A stretch of DNA of 64,000 nt, from contig JBAZSC010000001.1 in NCBI GenBank assembly GCA_041662665.1, positions 129,511-193,510 of the forward strand, written 5' to 3'. The notes under the pieces were generated by a model that saw nothing but the letters and a program-made list of their open reading frames with translations, had not been told where the DNA came from and searched no databases. Below are positions 47,534-55,123 of this stretch, in pieces. The position numbers and the translations under genes are program-made. Position 1 is the stretch's first letter. Every line of letters begins with the position of its first letter. Origin of the DNA: Patescibacteria group bacterium (GTDB lineage Bacteria; Patescibacteriota; JABMPQ01; JAQVVF01).

Positions 47534-48277
47534 ATGTCCAAAAAACAAGACAAGAAAAAAAATAGTGCTGAAACAAAGCAACAAGAAGAAACAATGCTTT
47601 CAAGCAAAGCAGTCAAGAAAGAAGAAGAGACTACTCAGAAGTTTTTAAAATTGTCTGGAATTAGAGATGGAATAGTAATTTTAAATAATAAAGCTCTACG
47701 AGCAATTGTAATGTGTTCATCAATTAATTTTGCTTTAATGTCTGAAGATGAACAAAAAGCAAAAGTTTTTGGCTATCAAGATTTTTTAAATTCATTAAAT
47801 TTTCCAGTTGAGATTGTCATTCAGACCAGAAAATTAAATATTGGAAGTTACTTAGAAAAAGTCAAAGAAGCAGAAAGAATGCAGGAAAACGAATTATTGA
47901 GAATCCAGACAGCAGAATATGCTGAATTTATCAAATCTTTAGTTGAACTAGCAAATATCACAACTTCTCATTATTATGTTGTTGTCCCATATTCTCCTCC
48001 TGGCATTGAAGCAACAGAAGGAATTTTAGATAAACTAAAAGGCATAATTTCACCAGCTTCAAAAATAAAAGAAGAGCAAGTTGGTTTTCAAAAGCAACAA
48101 GAAGAGCTTTTGCTTCGTGTTAATTCAGTTATCAGTGGTTTAGGCGGAGTTGGAATTCAATCAGCACAGCTAAATACTCAGGAAGTAGTTGAGCTATTAT
48201 ATTCATGGTATAATCCAGATGAGAGCACCACTGAGATTTTAGGAGAATTAGAGAAGCTCAAGATAGAGCAGGCATAA
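47534..48277 (+). CDS. VirB4/TrsE-like ATPase, N-terminal domain encoded as a separate ORF
   Basis: FLKLSGIRDGIVILNNKALRAIVMCSSINFALMSEDEQKAKVFGYQDFLNSLNFPVEIVIQTRKL matches the N-terminal region of Gram-positive VirB4 homologs (pattern I..DG.I......F.K.Y.L.DINF.....EEQ...F..F..FLNS....V.FQI). In homologs this region is contiguous with the segment that opens the next ORF. Confidence 0.55.
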   Translation: MSKKQDKKKNSAETKQQEETMLSSKAVKKEEETTQKFLKLSGIRDGIVILNNKALRAIVMCSSINFALMSEDEQKAKVFGYQDFLNSLNFPVEIVIQTRKLNIGSYLEKVKEAERMQENELLRIQTAEYAEFIKSLVELANITTSHYYVVVPYSPPGIEATEGILDKLKGIISPASKIKEEQVGFQKQQEELLLRVNSVISGLGGVGIQSAQLNTQEVVELLYSWYNPDESTTEILGELEKLKIEQA

Positions 48278-48278
48278 A

Positions 48279-48762
48279 AAAAATCCCAAATCCCAAATTC
48301 CAAACAAATTACAAATCACAAAAAACAAAATTGCCCGAACAAAATAAAACTAACAAATTATATAATCTCGAAGACCGAACTTTAGAATTTAGTAAAAGAG
48401 TTGCCAATATGTGCAACGCTTTGCCTAAAAATTATATTAATATTGTTTATATAAATCAGATTTTAAGATCAGGGAGTTCGATAGGTGCTAATTACATAGA
48501 AGCAAATGAATCATTAGGAAAAAAAGATTTTAAAATGAAAGTAAGAATTGCTAGAAAAGAAGCAAAAGAAACAACTTATTGGCTGAATTTAATAATAGAT
48601 GCTAATCCAGAATTTAGAAAAAGAATTGAACCATTATTACAAGAATCAATCGAAATAAGAAATATTTTATCAACAATAATAAACAAATCTAATTAATTTT
48701 TTTTGTAATTTGTATTTTGTATATTGTAATTTGTTTGGAATTTGGGATTTGTAATTTATAAT
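48279..48762 (+). mobile_element. IVS-like element: four-helix-bundle gene carried inside a 'caaatcccaaat'-family inverted repeat, inserted at the junction of the split VirB4 gene
   Basis: Left arm aaaatcccaaatcccaaattccaaacaaattacaaatcacaa (about 48279-48330). Right arm ttgtaatttgtattttgtatattgtaatttgtttggaatttgggatttgtaattt (about 48700-48762). Both flank CDS 48331..48696. Confidence 0.45.
48331..48696 (+). CDS. four-helix-bundle protein (23S rRNA IVS-type family), second copy
   Basis: LEFSKRVANMCNALPKNYINIVYINQILRSGSSIGANYIEANESLGKKDFKMKVRIARKEAKETTYWLNLI. Shares the family pattern with the 27846 gene. Non-ATG (TTG) start per the track. Confidence 0.55.
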   Translation: MPEQNKTNKLYNLEDRTLEFSKRVANMCNALPKNYINIVYINQILRSGSSIGANYIEANESLGKKDFKMKVRIARKEAKETTYWLNLIIDANPEFRKRIEPLLQESIEIRNILSTIINKSN

Positions 48763-50313
48763 AACGTTATGCAGGACAAAGATTTGCCAGTTGGCAAAAA
48801 AAATATCGAAAATTTGACTGAAGATGAGCAACAAGAAATCCTTAAGGCTGAAGAAATTTACAGAAAGGGTCTGGTTTCGATTCGCGATATTATTGCGCCA
48901 AGTGCATTGCAGGTTAATCCAAATTTTCTTAAATTAGGCGACAAGTTTGTCAGAACTTTGTTTATTTTTACATATCCTCGTTTTGTAAATACTGGCTGGT
49001 TTGCTCCAGTTATCAACATGAACATCGAAGCTGATATGGCGATGTATATTAATCCAGTTAGCTCCGAAAAAATCCTAAAAACTTTAAAAAATAAAGTTGG
49101 ACAAATCCAATCCACAATGGCAGGCAAGCAAGAAAAAGGCGAAGTTAGAGATCCAATGCTAGAAACAGCACTCAATGATGTTGAAGAACTTCGCGATCGT
49201 TTGATACAAGGCACAGAAAGATTTTTTCATTTTGCATTATATATCACAATTTACGAGAATTCTGAAAAAAAATTAGAGCAAACAACCAAAGAAATTGAAG
49301 ATTTACTTGGTCAAAGATTAATTTATTCCAAGCGAGCTTTTTTTCAAGCTGAACAAGGATTCAATACTACAACTCCGCTAGGTTTAGATGAACTAGGAGT
49401 CCTCAACAATTTTAATACATCTCCATTATCAACTAGTTTTCCATTTGTTTCTTCAGAATTAACTTCCGATGAAGGTGTTCTTTATGGAATTAATCGTCAT
49501 AATAATAGTCTAATTTTATTCGATCGTTTTACTTTGCCAAATGCTAATTCAGTTGTATTTGCAACTTCTGGTGCTGGAAAAAGTTATGCTGTAAAATTAG
49601 AAATTTTAAGATCTTTAATGTTTGGAACAGAAGTTATCGTCATTGATCCAGAAAATGAATATAAATATTTATGTGAATCAGTTGGAGGAACATTTTTAAA
49701 AATGTCTCTAGAATCAGAATACAGATTAAATCCATTTGATTTGCCAGTAGCAATTTCCGGCATGAAAACAAAAGACATTATTAGATCTGCAGTTATCAAT
49801 ATCAAAGGCTTATTAAGAATCATGTTGGGCCGTCTTACTAAAGAAGAAGATGCTTTGTTAGATAGAGGAATTATTGAGACATATGCTAAAAAAGATATTA
49901 CTGCTGAATCAGATTTGTCAAAAATAGAAGTTCCGACAATGAAAGATCTGCAAGAAATTCTAGAAGGCATGCAAGGAGCAGAGGATATAGTTCCAAGAAT
50001 TAAAAAATATACTGAAGGCACTTTTGCTGGATTATTAAATCAAGCCACAAATGTCAGAATTGATAATCCATTTGTCGTTTTTAGCATCAGAGATCTAGAA
50101 GATGAGTTACGTCCAATCGCAATGTATGTTATTCTTAATCATATCTGGAATATTGTTAGAGCAGAGATGAGAAAAAGAATTTTGGTAGTTGATGAAGCTT
50201 GGTGGATGATGCAATACGAAGAATCTGCCAGATTTATGTACAGTATTGCCAAAAGAGGCCGAAAATATTATCTTGGCACAACCACAATTTCTCAGATGTT
50301 AATGATTTTCTAA
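48742..50313 (+). CDS. VirB4/TrsE-like ATPase, central ATPase portion (frame changes near 50300)
   Basis: DIIAPSALQVNPNFLKLGDKFVRTLFIFTYPRFVNTGWFAPVIN (conserved VirB4 segment). Walker A VVFATSGAGKSYAVKLE. Walker B/arginine region ILVVDEAWWMM...AKRGRKYYLGTTTISQ. The likely start is the Met at about 48769, which has no SD. The ORF terminates 2 codons after the conserved TQ. Confidence 0.7.
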   Translation: MGFVIYNNVMQDKDLPVGKKNIENLTEDEQQEILKAEEIYRKGLVSIRDIIAPSALQVNPNFLKLGDKFVRTLFIFTYPRFVNTGWFAPVINMNIEADMAMYINPVSSEKILKTLKNKVGQIQSTMAGKQEKGEVRDPMLETALNDVEELRDRLIQGTERFFHFALYITIYENSEKKLEQTTKEIEDLLGQRLIYSKRAFFQAEQGFNTTTPLGLDELGVLNNFNTSPLSTSFPFVSSELTSDEGVLYGINRHNNSLILFDRFTLPNANSVVFATSGAGKSYAVKLEILRSLMFGTEVIVIDPENEYKYLCESVGGTFLKMSLESEYRLNPFDLPVAISGMKTKDIIRSAVINIKGLLRIMLGRLTKEEDALLDRGIIETYAKKDITAESDLSKIEVPTMKDLQEILEGMQGAEDIVPRIKKYTEGTFAGLLNQATNVRIDNPFVVFSIRDLEDELRPIAMYVILNHIWNIVRAEMRKRILVVDEAWWMMQYEESARFMYSIAKRGRKYYLGTTTISQMLMIF

Positions 50314-50603
50314 CATCAGATTATGGTAAAGCAATTGTTACTAATTCCGCTTTGCAATTATTATTAAAACAATCTCCAGCCTCAATTGATTTATTGAAAA
50401 AAACTTTTTATCTAACAGAAGAAGAAAAATATTTACTTTTAGAATCAGATGTTGGTGAAGGTATTTTCTTTGCAGGTAGCAAACATGTTGCAATTAAAAT
50501 AGTCGCTTCATATTCAGAAGACCAAATCATTACCACAGATCCAAAACAATTATTAGAATTAGAACAAGCCAAGAAGAATTATGAACAAGAACAAAATGTT
50601 TAA
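50199..50603 (+). CDS. VirB4/TrsE-like ATPase, C-terminal portion in the -1 frame
   Basis: From ...DVNDFLTSDYGKAIVTNSALQLLLKQ onward this frame continues the VirB4 C-terminus. It overlaps the previous ORF by 115 nt. This means a frameshift, an authentic pseudogene, or a sequencing indel near 50300-50315. Confidence 0.55.
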   Translation: MVDDAIRRICQIYVQYCQKRPKILSWHNHNFSDVNDFLTSDYGKAIVTNSALQLLLKQSPASIDLLKKTFYLTEEEKYLLLESDVGEGIFFAGSKHVAIKIVASYSEDQIITTDPKQLLELEQAKKNYEQEQNV

Positions 50604-50611
50604 AAACAAAA

Positions 50612-50715
50612 GCCACAAATCCCAAATTCCAAACAAATTTCAAATTACAAATCACAAAATTGCAAGTTTGTTTATTGTGATTTGTGATTTGTTTGGATTT
50701 TGGAATTTGTAATTT
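50612..50715. repeat. intergenic composite palindrome, 'caaatcccaaat' family (copy 6)
   Basis: ccacaaatcccaaattccaaacaaatttcaaattacaaatcacaaaattgcaagtttgtttattgtgatttgtgatttgtttggattttggaatttgtaattt. Confidence 0.7.
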
Positions 50716-50741
50716 ATTTCTATATTTAATAAAATAAAAAT

Positions 50742-51410
50742 ATGTTTAAAAAATCTTACATCATTTTAGCTCTAACATTAATTGCACTTGCAACAACTGC
50801 CTTCGGTTGTAAAAAAGCCGACACAAATACTAATCAGCCAGCCAATCAAAATGCAAATGTTGTTGCCAACAATACAAACGTGGTTGCAACAAATGATAAT
50901 GAGTTTCCGATTGTAAATGCCAATGAAGCATTAAATGCAAATGAAAATGTTACACTTAATGTCAATGAAACAGAAAATGCAGTTACAGAAAATTTAAATG
51001 CCATCGAAAATCAAGGCGAAATAAAAGTTGAGCAAGACCAAGAAAAAACAGTTTTAGCTTTAGCTTCAAAAATTGCTGAAATTTACGGCACTTTTACTAA
51101 CAAGGACAAAGAAGCCTACAAAAATCTAAAAACAATCAAAACTTACTCAACAGAAAAAATGAGCGCTTTTCTTGATGAACAAATTGCCAAACCGATAGAT
51201 CCAAAAGCATCATTTTATGGTGTAACCACAAAAACAATCAGTTCTGGAATTTCTGATACAACTGATAAAGAAATGACTGCCATTGTTACAACCAAGAGAG
51301 AAGAAATCACAGCTCAAAATAACAAGCCAACTGTCAAATATCAAATTTTAAAACTTGAATTTACAAAAGTCGGTGAAGAATGGAAATTAAGCGGGGCTTT
51401 CTGGTTGTAA
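50742..51410 (+). CDS. lipoprotein (Asn/Val-rich N-terminal region)
   Basis: Signal peptide + lipobox LATTAFGC. Confidence 0.5.
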   Translation: MFKKSYIILALTLIALATTAFGCKKADTNTNQPANQNANVVANNTNVVATNDNEFPIVNANEALNANENVTLNVNETENAVTENLNAIENQGEIKVEQDQEKTVLALASKIAEIYGTFTNKDKEAYKNLKTIKTYSTEKMSAFLDEQIAKPIDPKASFYGVTTKTISSGISDTTDKEMTAIVTTKREEITAQNNKPTVKYQILKLEFTKVGEEWKLSGAFWL

Positions 51411-51600
51411 TAATACAAATATGCAAATTTATGCAAATGATACGAATATACGAATTCGCAAATTATAATTAGTTCTAAAAAGTGATTTACAATCAAAAAT
51501 AAAATATTCGCTCGATTCGCATATTTGCAACATTTGCATTATTCGTATATTCGTATTATATTTTCACGTTTCTACTCGATAATTTTTTTAAATAATCAGT

Positions 51601-52266
51601 ATGAGAAATACTGTTAGTGATATAAATATAAATAAAGAATTATTTTATTATGAAAAACTAAAGGAGATTAAACACAAAAAAAAATCATCTCCAGATTTTG
51701 ATAATTATAAAAAAAATTTTTCTTCAAACTATGGTGCGCATTTAGCAAATCAAAAAAGTATCTCTGCTTTTGATGGAGCAGAAGGAGCAGAAGCAGAACA
51801 ATCTGCTGAAGAAATGCCAGATACTGTTGCAAGAGGTGAAGAAGGCGGTAACTATGAACAATTTAACCGTCTAAAAAGTGAAGCATTAGAAAGAGCCAAA
51901 AAAACAAAAGGCGGAGCAGAAAGAGCAGCTAAAGTTGCGAAAGCAGCTCAACAGCTTAAAAATATAAAAAACATAAAAAATTTATTAACGTTGGTAAAAG
52001 CTTTTGCCGCTTTTGATCCTATTACATTGTTGGTCACTTGGGTAATTATGAATGTTCAGTTTATCGGTGGCAATATCTTTAAATCAAAAAAAATTCCTCC
52101 ACTTGGAGGGATCGAATTACTTATCTATATTCCAGTCGCAATTTTCGTTTTTACCTTTAGTCTTCCTATGATTATGCTACCTCTCATTACAACCGGATTA
52201 GTTGGTGGCGCCCTTGCAGGCATTGCAAATATTGCGAGTTCAATTGGCACAAACATAGGTATATAA
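51601..52266 (+). CDS. hypothetical protein with two C-terminal TM helices (a pilin/VirB2-like role is speculative)
   Basis: Soluble Ala/Glu-rich N-terminal half, then LLTLVKAFAAFDPITLLVTWVIM and IYIPVAIFVFTFSLPMIMLPLITTGLVGGALAGIANIASSIG. Confidence 0.35.
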   Translation: MRNTVSDININKELFYYEKLKEIKHKKKSSPDFDNYKKNFSSNYGAHLANQKSISAFDGAEGAEAEQSAEEMPDTVARGEEGGNYEQFNRLKSEALERAKKTKGGAERAAKVAKAAQQLKNIKNIKNLLTLVKAFAAFDPITLLVTWVIMNVQFIGGNIFKSKKIPPLGGIELLIYIPVAIFVFTFSLPMIMLPLITTGLVGGALAGIANIASSIGTNIGI

Positions 52267-52271
52267 AATAT

Positions 52272-53750
52272 ATGAACAAAAACAAAATAATCATTTTCTT
52301 TGGGTTAATAACATTGCTTTTAGGTTTTAATCAAGTTTTTGCGCAAGACGAGGTTCAATTCCCAAGCGATCTGCAAAGCTTTATTAATGCTAACCCAAAC
52401 AATATTACTTCGAATGATCTTAAAAACATGCTTCCATTAAGCGTTACTTTAGATTATTCTCCAAAGCCAGTTTCAGCAACAAGTCCAGTCAAAGTGACAG
52501 CTAATGCGATTAGCAGTACTCAATCAAATGGCGTAACTTATCGCTGGTTTTTGGATGGCCAAGAAAAAAAGGTCAGCAATTCTGTTTTTGAATTTAATAT
52601 GAATGAAGGATTAATTCGCCAAGATTTGCGTTGCGGAGATTCTCGAGAAATAAAAGTTGAAGCCTCAAATTCTAATACTAAAGAAAAAGCAATTTCCACA
52701 TTAAAAATTCCGATTGGCTTAGATTTGTCATTTAACAAAAGATCAATTGGTGTTGCTGATCAAAATAATGCTGCTACAACAGATTATAATTTGAATAAAG
52801 CAGATATTGATCCAAATAGCATTATTTTGCAGGCTCCAGATATTTTCTTAAAGCCAACTCCTTCGCAAAATGAATTTCGTTTTGGAGATATTGTTCAAGT
52901 TGAAGCTGTAGATTTAAGGAATACTTATAACAATCAAGCTTGTACTTCCGCTTCCAATTTCACAAGTTTAGACAGCTATTTAGATAGCCTAAATTATCAA
53001 TGGACATATAATGGAACAGTTCAACAAGGAAAAAGCGGCAAAGGACAAAAATTTAAAACTGCTTCTTTCGTTATCAACACTTTGCCTGCACAAGTAATCC
53101 AAAATGATTTAGGATCATGCAACGCTACACAATCCCAAAATATCAATGTTGTTGGTTTAACAATTGCAGATTCTTCTGGAAAAACTTTAGCAACAAAGCA
53201 AGAATCATTAAATGTCATCGCTCCTCAAATTAATATCAAGCCAATTTGCGGCGCTTTCGGCAAAGATGTTAATTGCGCAAATATTAATTCCACAAATTTA
53301 AAATCAACTTATGGCGTTGCTCAAAGTTATCAATTAAATTCTGGCCAAACAATTAATTTTCAAGCAAATTTAAATAATTTTCAGCCATCACAACAATTAA
53401 ATTTAATTTGGAAAGTTAATGGCACAGAAGTTGATAACAAAACTATCGTTGATCCAAATACTCCATATTTCACTTCTCCAAATCTTACAATGACTAGCCA
53501 AATTCAGATTGTCGAAGTTAGCGCAATTAACACTGTCTATAATTCCAATCAAACAGAAAATGCCACTCAAAAAATTATTTTAACTCCAACTCAAGTTAAT
53601 GCCCAAATTTCTACATCTGGCACTCTAGGATCATTGCAAAAATTCTTGCCTAAAAATTTCCGAAATTTATATAATTTTATTGCAGCAGCCGGATTATTAG
53701 GTATTATAATTTTATTAATAACTATAAAAGAGAAGAAAAAAAATGGATAG
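52272..53750 (+). CDS. secreted protein with a C-terminal TM anchor
   Basis: Signal peptide IIIFFGLITLLLGFNQVFA. Beta-rich body. C-terminal AAAGLLGIIILLITI + KEKKKNG. Confidence 0.45.
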   Translation: MNKNKIIIFFGLITLLLGFNQVFAQDEVQFPSDLQSFINANPNNITSNDLKNMLPLSVTLDYSPKPVSATSPVKVTANAISSTQSNGVTYRWFLDGQEKKVSNSVFEFNMNEGLIRQDLRCGDSREIKVEASNSNTKEKAISTLKIPIGLDLSFNKRSIGVADQNNAATTDYNLNKADIDPNSIILQAPDIFLKPTPSQNEFRFGDIVQVEAVDLRNTYNNQACTSASNFTSLDSYLDSLNYQWTYNGTVQQGKSGKGQKFKTASFVINTLPAQVIQNDLGSCNATQSQNINVVGLTIADSSGKTLATKQESLNVIAPQINIKPICGAFGKDVNCANINSTNLKSTYGVAQSYQLNSGQTINFQANLNNFQPSQQLNLIWKVNGTEVDNKTIVDPNTPYFTSPNLTMTSQIQIVEVSAINTVYNSNQTENATQKIILTPTQVNAQISTSGTLGSLQKFLPKNFRNLYNFIAAAGLLGIIILLITIKEKKKNG

Positions 53751-54984
53751 AAAAAGAATATTAATTATCATTGGTATCGTCGCGTTGATTATTGCTTTCG
53801 CTGCAACAATCTATTTTGTGATTTTCCGAAAGCAAACAAAAGTTGCTTCAGATCTTCCAGCTTTAAATGAATCAGAACAACAAAGATTGCAATTAACAAA
53901 TGAAGAAAGAGCTGCCGGCGTTACTGAAGACCAAAAAATCCAGCAATATGTTGCTGAAAAAAGGAAAGAAATTGCCTTACAAGCAGAAACAGCAGTTACA
54001 AATAAATATCGAGTCATTCCAGTCTTAAACCAAAAATCAATTAGCCCAACATTATCAGCTGATTTTAGTAAACTTATTTTTTACAGCCCAGAAAATAAAG
54101 AATTTTATGTTGCCAATTTAGATGGCAGTCAGCCTTCGCCAATAACTTCATCTGCAATTGACAAAGTTTATGATATTTCATGGTCCAAGAAAAAAGATCG
54201 AGCAGTCATGACATTGTCAGACAATCAAGGATTGACCAGAAATTATTTAATTTTTGATATTAACAATCAAAAACAAACTCCAGTTGATCCAAATTTCAAA
54301 TCTCCAACATTATCTCCAGATGGTGAAAAAATCGCATATTTATTTAAAGACAAAGCATCAGGCACTTCCAATATTTCTGTTTCTAATTTAGATGGCACGA
54401 ATTGGAATAGCGTTTCTCCTTTTGAAGGCGAGTTTCCAATTATCAATTGGAATCTAGAATCAAAGCTTCTTTATTACAGCGAGCCAAGCACTCAAACAAA
54501 TGCCACTGCTTTTTCCGCCAATATTATTGGCAAAAGTTTCAATCAATTAGTTAGTGATTTTGGTCTTAATGTTAATATTTCAAATGACGGCAACAAAATT
54601 GTTTATTCAGGACAAAATGTTTCAAGCGCCACTACAACAAATTTGCAATTCTATGATGTTTTAGCAAATAAAAATGTTGATTTAGGCGTTCAAACATTTG
54701 CTGATAAATGTACTTGGCTTCCAGATAATCAAAATTTAATTTGCGCAATTCCAGAGAATCTAAGCAAATGTATGATTTTGCCAGATGCCTATAATAATTA
54801 TAATTTTGTTTCCAAAGATTCTTTCTTCAAAGTTGATACTCAAAATAACAAGACAACAAAATTAGCAGATACAAGTTTATTCGCTCAAGATTATGATGTC
54901 TTCAAGCCATTCATGCTTGGCGAAAAAATAATGTATTTTACAAGAAGACAGGATGGATTGCTTTATGCGTTTGTTATTCCTTGA
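53743..54984 (+). CDS. membrane-anchored TolB-like beta-propeller (PD40 repeat) protein
   Basis: N-terminal TM. PD40-like repeats LSPDGEKIAYLFKD and ISNDGNKIVYSGQN. Confidence 0.45.
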   Translation: MDRKRILIIIGIVALIIAFAATIYFVIFRKQTKVASDLPALNESEQQRLQLTNEERAAGVTEDQKIQQYVAEKRKEIALQAETAVTNKYRVIPVLNQKSISPTLSADFSKLIFYSPENKEFYVANLDGSQPSPITSSAIDKVYDISWSKKKDRAVMTLSDNQGLTRNYLIFDINNQKQTPVDPNFKSPTLSPDGEKIAYLFKDKASGTSNISVSNLDGTNWNSVSPFEGEFPIINWNLESKLLYYSEPSTQTNATAFSANIIGKSFNQLVSDFGLNVNISNDGNKIVYSGQNVSSATTTNLQFYDVLANKNVDLGVQTFADKCTWLPDNQNLICAIPENLSKCMILPDAYNNYNFVSKDSFFKVDTQNNKTTKLADTSLFAQDYDVFKPFMLGEKIMYFTRRQDGLLYAFVIP

Positions 54985-55123
54985 CGAATTTTCAATTTAT
55001 AATTTCTAATTTCTATTAAATTTTAAATAACTAATTTCTAAAGCTATCGTAGAGAAGGTTTGAAAATTTTAGCATTGAAAATTTAATAGAAATTAGGAAT
55101 TAGAAATTAGAAATTTTCTCTTT

